DNA of 59,820 bases, filler included, from a bacterium (GCA_024278215.1; 3 parts of 3 records of this genome joined end to end with filler, not necessarily neighbours in it); one strand, 5' to 3'. Numbered from the whole stretch's first letter, positions 50,539 to 59,704 are shown. The notes: generated by a model not told the origin, from the letters alone. Translations and numbers: made by a program.

Positions 50539-50844
50539 ATGAGAAAAAAAGAAGAAAAGAACAAACTGCCGAAGCCGGATAAGAGCATCAAGACATTCCT
50601 TTCATCCGAGGACGGGAAAGTTACGAAAAAGGGCCTGGTCGCCGGGGCGATCGTAATGGCGATAGTCGGCATGGCTACTGAAGCCTACGGGCATACCAGC
50701 CACAGCAACAGCCGGTTTCAGAACCTGCCTTCCCTGGACTATGGCCGCCACATATCACACAGTTCACATGGCTCGCACGGCTCGCACGGTTCTCATGGCT
50801 CGCACGGTTCACACGGCTCGCACGGTTCGCACGGTTCATGGTAG
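50539..50844 (+). CDS. His-Xaa-Ser repeat precursor peptide (HxsA-like), 101 aa
   Basis: ATG 50539 with AGGGGTGA RBS; basic leader, hydrophobic segment, HTSHSN...HIS-HSS-(HGS)8-W. Confidence 0.88.
   Translation: MRKKEEKNKLPKPDKSIKTFLSSEDGKVTKKGLVAGAIVMAIVGMATEAYGHTSHSNSRFQNLPSLDYGRHISHSSHGSHGSHGSHGSHGSHGSHGSHGSW
50749..50838 (+). repeat. Coding 9-nt tandem repeat (ten His-Xaa-Ser triplets)
   Basis: CAY-GGY-TCN units with synonymous third-position variation. Confidence 0.95.
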
Positions 50845-50890
50845 GACCGTGAAGGTTCAAAAAGGCTTTACGGCATTTGTTTAAGAACAT

Positions 50891-50955
50891 AAAACGGCGC
50901 TTGTCCTGTAACTACCGGACGCAACCGGATTTACAGGACAGGTTCCGTTTTTTTT
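50891..50955 (+). terminator. Long hairpin plus T-run after the precursor gene
   Basis: AAAACGG..CTTGTCCTGTAA..CCGG / CCGG.TTTACAGGACAGG..CCGTTTT, continuing into a T8 run. Confidence 0.7.
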
Positions 50956-51115
50956 CATACAATAACTTAACTTGTGCGTTTTTATAAAAGATAGTAGTAG
51001 AATTTATGGGGACACGATCCGGAACTAAAGGTCAAACTTCAGTCATGTCCCCAAAATTCTTGCAATATATCTGAATTCGTACAAGCAGTAATAATACAAG
51101 AGACTCATAAGTCTG

Positions 51116-52087
51116 GTGACGCTTTTGGACCGCATTGACGTAAAAGTCGGTTATTTATGCAACAACTCGTGCCTGTTCTGTGTCCAGGCCCACAACAAGG
51201 GCAAGGGCAGGGACAAGAGCACGGAAAAAATAATAAGTATACTTGAGGAATCGCGGAAGAAGTACGAAGCGGTGGTTCTCACGGGCGGAGAAGTCTCCAT
51301 CCGAGACGACGTCTTCGATATAGTCGCCGCCGCAAGGGACCTCGGTTACAAAAAAATCCATATCCAGTCGAACGGCAGAAGATTCTATTACAGGGATTTC
51401 TGCGTGAAAATGATAGAATCCGGAGCGACCGAATTCGGACTTGCTCTGCACGGCCATATCCCCGAACTGCACGACTATCTCACCCGCGCGCCGGGAAGCT
51501 TTCTCGCCACGCTGCGCGGCATCCGCAACCTGGTCGAACTCGGCCAGTCCGTCATGACCAACACGGTCATCACGAAATCCAATTACCGCCACCTTCCCGC
51601 TATTGCGCAGGTTCTTGTAAGCGCCGGCGTTTTCCAGTATCAGTTCGCTTTCGTACATGTAGCGGGCAACGCGAAAACCTACGCCCCGGCGGTTGTACCC
51701 AGAAAAACGCTTGTGGCTCCTTACGCGAAGCGTGGACTCGATGTCGGGCGGGCCAGAGGCGTGGCTGTGATGACGGAGGCGATACCCTACTGCTTTATGC
51801 GGGGCTACGAGCAGCACATCGCCGAAAAGATAATTCCTGAAACAAAAATATTCGACGCGGAATTCGTGATAGAAAGCTACACTGAAGTACGCAGAAACCA
51901 GGGGAAGGCCAAGGGCCCGCCGTGCGAGGAATGCGACATGCGCAAGATTTGCGAGGGGCCGTGGCGTGAATACCCGGAGATGTTCGGCTGGGATGAATTC
52001 AAACCGGTAAAATGGCACTCCGTCACCGGCGGCGCCGACATCGCGTTCAGGGAGAAAAAAACCGCCCCGCCCCGGAAGGGCGCATAG
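51116..52087 (+). CDS. Radical SAM protein (HxsC-like paralog 1)
   Basis: CNNSCLFC, TGGE, QSNGR, HD.LT..PGSF, IPYC, C-terminal CEECDMRKICEG. Confidence 0.85.
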   Translation: MTLLDRIDVKVGYLCNNSCLFCVQAHNKGKGRDKSTEKIISILEESRKKYEAVVLTGGEVSIRDDVFDIVAAARDLGYKKIHIQSNGRRFYYRDFCVKMIESGATEFGLALHGHIPELHDYLTRAPGSFLATLRGIRNLVELGQSVMTNTVITKSNYRHLPAIAQVLVSAGVFQYQFAFVHVAGNAKTYAPAVVPRKTLVAPYAKRGLDVGRARGVAVMTEAIPYCFMRGYEQHIAEKIIPETKIFDAEFVIESYTEVRRNQGKAKGPPCEECDMRKICEGPWREYPEMFGWDEFKPVKWHSVTGGADIAFREKKTAPPRKGA

Positions 52088-52094
52088 ATAACCG

Positions 52095-53063
52095 ATGGCC
52101 GAACAGGGATACATACAACTCACACGCGACTGCAACCAGAACTGCCGCTTCTGCTCGAACCCCGCCAACAGTAAGCGCATCGACATCGACCGCGCCGTCG
52201 GGCTGATCAACAGTTTCATCGAGCGCGGCTACAGTGGGATCATCTTCACAGGCGGCGAGCCCACACTCTGCCCGTTCCTGCCGGAACTCATAGCCCACGC
52301 GTCGCGAAAAGGTATCCCGAACCGCATTATAACCAACGGCCAGAAAATCTGTGACCGCTCATATTTCGAAACCCTCTACGAAGCCGGCCTGCGGAATGTG
52401 AACATTTCCATATATTCCGTCAGGGACGATGTCCAGGCGTTTCTTTCCGGCAACCCGGATTCGCTGAAAAACATCGCCGGTGCCCTGAAAACGCTGGATG
52501 TCTTTAAGGGTGATGTACAGACCGTGGTCAACACGGTGATCAACAAATATAACAGCGATCACCTGTCGGAAAACGTGCGCTGGGTGCTCGATAACGCGCC
52601 CTTCGTGCCCCATTTCGTGTGGAACAACCTTGACCCGGGAAACAGTAAGTGCAAAGAAAATCCCGACACAGTCCCGAAGCTGAACGACTTCCAGCTCGAA
52701 TTGTACAAAGCCGTGGATCACGTTCTCAAATCCGGGCGCACATGCCGGATCGAGCGGGTGCCCCTCTGTTACATGACGGACTTCGAGCATCTCTCCACGG
52801 AGACAAGGAAGATTGTAAAAAAGGAAAAAACCACGACCTACTTCCTGGACGAAAAGGAACTCTTTTCGCAGGACTCGTATCAGTACGACAAAGCGGATTG
52901 CTGCTCCGCCTGCTTCCTCGAGCGGATATGCGCGGGGCTGTTCGAGATGGATGTATATTATTCTTCCGACGAACTGTACGCCTGTTTTATCGACAGCGAA
53001 AAGATAACAGAGAAAATCCTCCACGGAACAACCGTGAAGGCCCCCGGCGGGATTATGACATAG
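52095..53063 (+). CDS. Radical SAM protein (HxsC-like paralog 2)
   Basis: CNQNCRFC, TGGEPT, ITNG, VPLC, C-terminal CSACFLERICAG. Confidence 0.85.
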   Translation: MAEQGYIQLTRDCNQNCRFCSNPANSKRIDIDRAVGLINSFIERGYSGIIFTGGEPTLCPFLPELIAHASRKGIPNRIITNGQKICDRSYFETLYEAGLRNVNISIYSVRDDVQAFLSGNPDSLKNIAGALKTLDVFKGDVQTVVNTVINKYNSDHLSENVRWVLDNAPFVPHFVWNNLDPGNSKCKENPDTVPKLNDFQLELYKAVDHVLKSGRTCRIERVPLCYMTDFEHLSTETRKIVKKEKTTTYFLDEKELFSQDSYQYDKADCCSACFLERICAGLFEMDVYYSSDELYACFIDSEKITEKILHGTTVKAPGGIMT

Positions 53064-53070
53064 AAACTGC

Positions 53071-54108
53071 GTGGAACCAATGAAAAGAAAAACCGGCGAC
53101 GGCTACTACGATGTACCGCCGCACGCACAGGACGATAAAAAGAAACACATCGAGATCAGCCTCGGCATGGCCTGCAACAACAAGTGCATATTCTGCCTGA
53201 ATGTCGGCCCGCGCAAGATCGTACCGTTCGAGCAGGTACGTAAAGAAGCGGCGGAATACGCCGGGGCCGGCTATAATTCCATCGGCCTCATCGGCGGCGA
53301 CCCGACCGTATATCCCCGCATTTCGGAACTCGGTCGACAAATCAAAGCCATGGGCTACAAACATATTCACATGATCAGCAACGGACGCCGCTTCAGCGAC
53401 ATCGAATTCCTGGATGAATTGATCGAGGCCGGTTTCAACAGGTTCTCAGTCTCCATCCACAGCCACCTGCCCGAAGTCGAGGACAAACTCACACAACGGC
53501 CCGGAAGCCACGCCCAGAAAATTCAGGGACTCAAAAATCTGGTCAGGCGATCAAGAGAGGGCGCGTTCCGCGAACGCGTCCCGATAAATATTGTTATGCA
53601 CAAGTTGAATATCGATAATCTGGCCGCGAGTGTCAGGTTCTTTTCCGACATCGGCATTACGGATATGAGGCTTCTCATCATACGACCCGAGGGCTACGCT
53701 CTGCAACATTTCGACCTTCTCGTGCCGCGCCTCACACGGGTGAGGGAGCGGCTGCCGGCCGTGATCCGCGCGGCACACCTGCGAAAACTCAAGGTCATGA
53801 TCGACCCGCCGCCCTACTGCCTGTTCTACGACATACCCGGTTTCAACCGGATGGTAGCGCGAGACTATCTCGATTATGTGATCTCCGACGCGCCGGACAG
53901 GGCGGTGCGCGAAACTTTTTCATGGAACGAATACAGGTTGAAGCAAAAAGTGAAAGACCCCGGCTGCAACAACTGTTGCTTCAACGGAATATGCGAGGGC
54001 GTCTGGACCGGCTATGTAAAGGTATTCGGGTTCGATGAATTCGTACCCGTCACGGACGAAATGCTGTCGGACATTCCCGCGCCGGGCGCCACAGGAAAAA
54101 CGGAGTAA
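53071..54108 (+). CDS. Radical SAM protein (HxsC-like paralog 3)
   Basis: CNNKCIFC, GGDPT, ISNGR, LTQRPGS, PPYC, C-terminal CNNCCFNGICEG. Start is GTG 53071 or ATG 53080. Confidence 0.85.
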   Translation: MEPMKRKTGDGYYDVPPHAQDDKKKHIEISLGMACNNKCIFCLNVGPRKIVPFEQVRKEAAEYAGAGYNSIGLIGGDPTVYPRISELGRQIKAMGYKHIHMISNGRRFSDIEFLDELIEAGFNRFSVSIHSHLPEVEDKLTQRPGSHAQKIQGLKNLVRRSREGAFRERVPINIVMHKLNIDNLAASVRFFSDIGITDMRLLIIRPEGYALQHFDLLVPRLTRVRERLPAVIRAAHLRKLKVMIDPPPYCLFYDIPGFNRMVARDYLDYVISDAPDRAVRETFSWNEYRLKQKVKDPGCNNCCFNGICEGVWTGYVKVFGFDEFVPVTDEMLSDIPAPGATGKTE

Positions 54109-54109
54109 A

Positions 54110-55261
54110 ATGGAGATAGATTTCAGTGACAGCGTCATCAAGTTGTTCTCCAGTGTTTCGCTGGTCGTTTTTCTGTTTCTCAGCTACCATGTCATAAAAG
54201 AGGACCTGGCATCCCAGAAAATCCCGAACAAACTCATTCTCAAATTCATGAAAATCGGCTTGTTCATGTGTGTGACTCTTTTGGTCTACGGTCTACTGAA
54301 AGACAATCAGTTCGCTGTCAATTATGCAAAGATACTGTTGCTTAATGCCGCCGTTGCCCTGGTTTGTGGATACTTATTGTGGTACTTCGACCTGTTCAGT
54401 CCGGGCGACTCGAAATATTTCGCACTGGCGGCGCTTCTTGTTCCACTCGAGTCATATACATACCAGTACGTGCCCGGTTTCCCCGCATTGCTTATTCTGA
54501 TAAACGCCTATGTCATAGCATTTCTCCTGATGTTCGCCTACACGCTTTATGTTTTGGCCGGGCGAGCTGTAACCGCCGTCGCCGCCGGTGATCTCTCGAA
54601 AGAGAATATCAGGCGAGTCGCCGACAGCGTAATGGAGAAACTCAAAGCGCCGGCATTCTGGGTCAGTCTCGCCGGTATGCTCCTCTACATGGCTTCCATA
54701 CTCCTGATAATGAGAGACTCGATCAACGTGATCCAGGGCTTCTTCAATTTCTCGCCGGGCCATTTTACCCTGATCACTGTTCTGATACTATACTTCGCCG
54801 GCAGCCGGCTTCAGGGCCTTATGAATGATAATAAAATAGTGGCCCGGGCCGCATATTTCGTTTTCGCGGGCGTAATATCCTTTCAGTATTTTATCCTCCG
54901 GCAAAATGTCTTTCACATGATCGCGGAAACTGTCGCCGCCTCCTTTTTCATGATCGTCTTCATCCCGATCGCGAAATATGTTATCGATTTATATTACGGA
55001 ACAATGGAGAACAATAAGGTTGAATATATCCGAATGGGTATCGTTCTGACGGAAGAGACAGTAGAGAAATTCCAGACGGACTGGGGTGTCGAGGTGCCTG
55101 CCCTTGTTCCCCTATCGGACAGTCAGTCGCAATCAGTCAAAGACAACATCCCCAACAACGAAAAAATATGTACGGTCAAGCACATAACATTCGGCCCGTT
55201 TATCTTTATCGGCGCGATGTTTACTTTCTTGTTACGGCACACGATCATTCACTATCTATAG
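54110..55261 (+). CDS. A24-family (prepilin/preflagellin) aspartic peptidase-like membrane protein
   Basis: EDLASQKIPN (first Asp), FSPGDSKY (GxGD-like second Asp), C-terminal ITFGPFIFIG; ATG 54110 lies 1 nt after the upstream stop. Confidence 0.7.
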   Translation: MEIDFSDSVIKLFSSVSLVVFLFLSYHVIKEDLASQKIPNKLILKFMKIGLFMCVTLLVYGLLKDNQFAVNYAKILLLNAAVALVCGYLLWYFDLFSPGDSKYFALAALLVPLESYTYQYVPGFPALLILINAYVIAFLLMFAYTLYVLAGRAVTAVAAGDLSKENIRRVADSVMEKLKAPAFWVSLAGMLLYMASILLIMRDSINVIQGFFNFSPGHFTLITVLILYFAGSRLQGLMNDNKIVARAAYFVFAGVISFQYFILRQNVFHMIAETVAASFFMIVFIPIAKYVIDLYYGTMENNKVEYIRMGIVLTEETVEKFQTDWGVEVPALVPLSDSQSQSVKDNIPNNEKICTVKHITFGPFIFIGAMFTFLLRHTIIHYL

Positions 55262-55358
55262 CAATTCGCGCCATCTTCGTAATTGCCCCGGCAGCTTCAC
55301 GGCAAAACATATCACGAACGCGAACGCATGTTCCGGCCTTACGAGAGCGGCTTTTCGC

Positions 55359-56891
55359 TCAATCACTGTTTTTTCCTGTGCCGGTATCGGCCGGGATAAG
55401 GCTGATCAAGGCGTAATAATAATTGAAAATATTCTCGGAAAACAACTCCCGTGGCGCAAACTTGCTGAAAACCTTCGAGCATATCTCCTTCCGGCCGGTC
55501 GCGCATTCCATCTCGAATACAACAACTTTACACCTGCGATGTTTCTCCATGAACGCGCCATCCAGCAACTGTGTTATCTCGTAATTCGGGTTGTCGGTAT
55601 ACGTCATTCCTATGGAAGGATTAACAGAAAAAACGGAACACTTATCAACCACTTTCGGAAGACGATCCGCAATGAAATCGTCCTGCGCCTCCGCGAAATC
55701 CCTCAGGACGACAAGACTCACATTAAACGACGAAAAGAGAAAGACTGCCAGACAGAGCGTGACCAGGCCGTTTCTTACAGCAATGCTTTTTGTCACGTCA
55801 AGAAGCCAATCGGCGGTTATTCCGAAAAAGAGAATTAACGGAATAGTCGCCGGCAGCATAAACCTCGGGAAATCCCCCAGGGGGAGATGAATGTCGAGAA
55901 GACTTATCGCGAGTATTGAAACAAAAACGAAAAAGAAAAGTGGGCGGGAAACACCGCAGCGACGACCGAGAAACACAGGCGCGACGAATAACGGGATAGA
56001 GACAAAAAACGGGATGTATTGATTCGAAAACAGGAAAATAATATTAGTCTTAACGACACCGGGATAACCACCCGGTGGAAGCGCGAATGCACTTCTGTAC
56101 ACAGGTGGAAGAACAAAAATCAGAGCAGCAATCAGTGCGGCTCCGGCCAGGGCCGCAAGTATCTTTTTGAGGTCGTGCGGACCGGCGGCAAGAAGAACAA
56201 TCAGGATAAAGGCGGCTGTATACGCGTTGCGAGGCTCGAGCAGGATAGAAAATACTATTGCCGAAAAGAGACCCGCCCCCGATAGTGCGTCTTTATTCCT
56301 CAGGTACAGAAACAAAAATGTGAATGTGATGCACAGAAACAGCAAATCCGCGGTTTCCGTGGTAGCGTTTCCGGAAAGAATCACATTGAGCGGGAGCACG
56401 GAAGCCGCGAACGACGCGAAAAGCGCAGTGCGCGCACTGCCCGCCGCCGCCATCGCCATGATGAAAACCACAGGGATGCACAAAACCCCCAGAACAGAAT
56501 TCAGCGTGAACAGGACATTCGGCGAATACCTGCCCGTCAGCCGCATCGCGGCGGCGCCCATGAATGGGAACCCGGTGGCGTAAACGGGAGGCTGCCTGTC
56601 TTCACATTTTTCAAATGTTCCAGCCGTGCAAACCGAGAAATCGCCTTCCCCCGCGATCATCCGCGCAATATTGTTGATTTCATACTCGACATAAAACACC
56701 TTGAACCTGTGTGGACTGTGGTCGAACCGAAACCATATCCCGAGAATAATTGTTGCCGCGAGAAGCAGGATGAAAACCGGCTTCAGCTTTTCTCCCACTC
56801 GCAGAGCGGCGGGTACCCCGACAATAAAAAGCGCCACCGCCGCCGATAAACACAATACGTGCAGGATAAGCAGTAAGAAATTGCCGGTCAT
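55359..56891 (-). CDS. GT-C (ArnT/PMT-like) membrane glycosyltransferase
   Basis: RF after TM, acidic loop YVEYE, ATGFPF, LP...LS....TE, RFMLP; many TMs. Confidence 0.65.
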   Translation of the reverse strand: MTGNFLLLILHVLCLSAAVALFIVGVPAALRVGEKLKPVFILLLAATIILGIWFRFDHSPHRFKVFYVEYEINNIARMIAGEGDFSVCTAGTFEKCEDRQPPVYATGFPFMGAAAMRLTGRYSPNVLFTLNSVLGVLCIPVVFIMAMAAAGSARTALFASFAASVLPLNVILSGNATTETADLLFLCITFTFLFLYLRNKDALSGAGLFSAIVFSILLEPRNAYTAAFILIVLLAAGPHDLKKILAALAGAALIAALIFVLPPVYRSAFALPPGGYPGVVKTNIIFLFSNQYIPFFVSIPLFVAPVFLGRRCGVSRPLFFFVFVSILAISLLDIHLPLGDFPRFMLPATIPLILFFGITADWLLDVTKSIAVRNGLVTLCLAVFLFSSFNVSLVVLRDFAEAQDDFIADRLPKVVDKCSVFSVNPSIGMTYTDNPNYEITQLLDGAFMEKHRRCKVVVFEMECATGRKEICSKVFSKFAPRELFSENIFNYYYALISLIPADTGTGKNSD

Positions 56892-57276
56892 AAAACACGG
56901 GCTCCGTTCCGGAAAAATTTTGTATGATCATTGGATCGAAAAGAATTCTCCGATGCTTGCATTGCGGTAAAATAAGCCGTGTGTGCCGTACTCAAAAAGC
57001 CATCTTTGATACCCTGTAGCCTGCTTCAGAGAGCTTCATTTAATCATAGCCATAAAACGATAAAAAGCAACAAAGAAAACCTTTGCCTTTTCAATAACCT
57101 GCATCGGATTCGCTTCGGGCGCCGCTCCTTGTATTACAGGCATTCTCATGATTTTCAACCCGCATTGGTGAAATATGCGGGTTATGTCCTTCTTGTCTCT
57201 TTGTTGTCGGCGTTTATGCCGAACACTCCGCACAGGTAAACTTCCCAAACAAACTGAAATAAGGTATCATTAAACC

Positions 57277-59487
57277 ATGGTAAGAGAAGCTTCCCCAGCA
57301 AAAAACATTCTGAAAAAATATGCCTGGATAATTATTATTTTACTTGCGATATTTCTTAGAACAGTCTACATGAATTATAACAATATCGGTCATTATATTA
57401 TCCCGTCTATGATAACGGCCCTGGATATCGCGGAGGGCAAAAGCTTTCCTCTCGAGGGTCCTGTTCTCGGCGAATTCAACGCGAAACACGGACCGGCTTC
57501 GTACTATCTTTTCGCGTTGCCTATTCTTTTTGATCACAACCCGCTTAATATCTTTTTCTTTATCGTGTTGCTTAATGTCATATCCGTATACGTGGTATAC
57601 AGGATAGGAAAAGATTTTTTTTCGGTGAATGCAGGCTTGATTGCGGCGCTTATCCATGCTGTGCAGCCCAATCTTGTAGTCTTCTCTCGCAATATTACAG
57701 ACGACGCGCTTGTGCAAATCTTTGTCGCGCTGATTTATTACTGCTTTTTTTCTATTATATCGAACAATAAAACACGTCTTTCCTGGGTTGTCCTGCCGGT
57801 CGCTTTCGCGCTGGGAATGCAATTGCATTTCCAACTCGTGGTTACTCTCTTTTTCGTTGTCCTGCTGTTTCTGTTTTTCAAACCTGCCGTGCCTCAAAAG
57901 CAACTGGGGATCGGTATTGCTATCGCCCTGCTGTGCCTCTCACCCCAGATATGGCACGATCTCACCATAAGCAACACACACTTTCTCTCTTTCTATTACG
58001 CAGGCTTGGACTTCCTGAAAAATAATGTAAGCATACCGGATAACCAGATGAACAGCAGGGGCAACATTTTCAGCAACTGCTTAATCGTCTTCGGCGTTCT
58101 GTTCTACTACTATCTCGCGGCGCTGGTTTTCGTGACCGCCGGAATGGTCAGGGAGAAAGTCGCGAGCGGCACGTGGTTCAACTTTGAAAATCAAAAGATA
58201 CTGTCTCTGCTGATCTTTTCCATCCCCTCACTTCTGGTGTTTTCCAATTACGGCAGCCAGATTTTCAACCGGCATCATGCCGCCTTCACGCCTATGGCTA
58301 TATTGATCGGGATCGCGCTGAGCGGCATGTTTTCCACCTCGCTCAAGGGTAAAAAAACATACGTGAGAATACCGGCGTTGTTCGCCAGGTCGGCGGTCAT
58401 GTTGTTTTTCGCCGGTATTATTCTTTTATACATCGTCAAATCATACGGCATTGCATTAATTAATGTGAATCCTGCTCCCGGCAAATACTTTAATGTGTTC
58501 GGTCGATTCATGTGCATGGATCAATACCGCAATGATTGCGAAGAAGTATTGGAGAGCGACAGTGTAGACTTCTGGCAGGACACATATTATTACCGGAGAA
58601 AGCAGTTTGAAATATTTTTTAACGACTTTGGATTAGATCGTAAAACACTTCTTGCAAATGTGCATGGGATGCCGTATTTCAGAATGTTTGGCGACGATGG
58701 GTATCTTTTCCGCACATTGCCGCAGGGCAAGTCGACAGATGCGGCATCATTCCATTACCTGATAGCAGAGGCGGACACGCTAAAATCTTTTATCGACCGA
58801 ATGAAAATCATAAAAACAGTGCGTCTTTCCTCGCTTGTAGCGCTTAAATACAAGTCGTATATCGATTATTCGGGTTTAAAGTATATGGATATAAACGATG
58901 GACAAACAATAGTGTCCGGCCCCGGCGATATGCAATGGATCAATAGAGCAGCCCCCTTGATGCAGTTGTCCGATATATGTTGCGGTCATGCCTTTTTCGG
59001 TGTTTTTCAGCACTATATATTGTGGCTGCATGAATCGTTGGAGTATCCGCACTGGAGCAGGTTCGAGCGTGGTGTGGACAGGTCGATAAACCTTGGGATA
59101 ACCGATAGTTCACTTGATACTACCAACCATTACCACTGGATCAGGGCATGGAACCAGGGCGGCAAGATAGTTAAGGGATCAATAGGGGAACCGGATGATT
59201 TTTCGTCGATGCTGCTGGTCGTCGAGGTGCTTTTCAAGGATATACGGGAAACGCTTGTCGGGCCGGGCCGGGATGTCGAGATACACTTGTATTTCAACAA
59301 TAAAGAGATACAGACAGCGGAGGTGGGTTACAGCGGAAATATCTTCTTCGGAGAGAGTTACAGACATTATTACATTATCGACAAGAAGTATTTCGGCGAC
59401 AGTAACGCCTTTACATTTACAATAAACGATCCACATACGGAAGAAAGATACGCGATCGACGTATACGGCATTGCGCTGAAAGACTGA
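57277..59487 (+). CDS. GT-C (ArnT/PMT-like) membrane glycosyltransferase with large C-terminal soluble domain
   Basis: LAIFLR, FPLEGP, HGPASYYL, GLIAALI.AV.P.LV.FSR, QLHF. Confidence 0.72.
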   Translation: MVREASPAKNILKKYAWIIIILLAIFLRTVYMNYNNIGHYIIPSMITALDIAEGKSFPLEGPVLGEFNAKHGPASYYLFALPILFDHNPLNIFFFIVLLNVISVYVVYRIGKDFFSVNAGLIAALIHAVQPNLVVFSRNITDDALVQIFVALIYYCFFSIISNNKTRLSWVVLPVAFALGMQLHFQLVVTLFFVVLLFLFFKPAVPQKQLGIGIAIALLCLSPQIWHDLTISNTHFLSFYYAGLDFLKNNVSIPDNQMNSRGNIFSNCLIVFGVLFYYYLAALVFVTAGMVREKVASGTWFNFENQKILSLLIFSIPSLLVFSNYGSQIFNRHHAAFTPMAILIGIALSGMFSTSLKGKKTYVRIPALFARSAVMLFFAGIILLYIVKSYGIALINVNPAPGKYFNVFGRFMCMDQYRNDCEEVLESDSVDFWQDTYYYRRKQFEIFFNDFGLDRKTLLANVHGMPYFRMFGDDGYLFRTLPQGKSTDAASFHYLIAEADTLKSFIDRMKIIKTVRLSSLVALKYKSYIDYSGLKYMDINDGQTIVSGPGDMQWINRAAPLMQLSDICCGHAFFGVFQHYILWLHESLEYPHWSRFERGVDRSINLGITDSSLDTTNHYHWIRAWNQGGKIVKGSIGEPDDFSSMLLVVEVLFKDIRETLVGPGRDVEIHLYFNNKEIQTAEVGYSGNIFFGESYRHYYIIDKKYFGDSNAFTFTINDPHTEERYAIDVYGIALKD

Positions 59488-59526
59488 ATTGTAGTTCAGA
59501 ACTTCTGAGGAAACACTTATACGGGT

Positions 59527-59704
59527 GAGCCGATTGTAAAATTATGTTCGTGGCGAGGTCGAGCGAAATTGTTCGGAGCAAGGCGGAGGCGTAAAATCCT
59601 CGCAGGCGTACTTGTAGAGTACGTCGAGGACGATTTTACGCTGACAACGCAGCTATGGACAATAGCAGCCGACTGCAGCAGAATCAGAATTTTGCAATTG
59701 GCTC
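59527..59704 (+). mobile_element. MITE family A, complete copy
   Basis: TIRs GAGCCGATTGTAAAATT / AATTTTGCAATTGGCTC, flanked by GGGT on both sides. Confidence 0.9.

Noticed and set aside
50749-50838. CRISPR-like or VNTR interpretation of the short repeats
   Set aside because: The 9-nt units have no spacers and keep an in-frame HGS code; no cas genes or repeat-spacer array were seen in the window.
554-55261. Functional link between the pilin/pilBC locus and the Hxs-associated A24 peptidase
   Set aside because: They lie on different contigs separated by artificial linkers, so proximity in this window carries no information.
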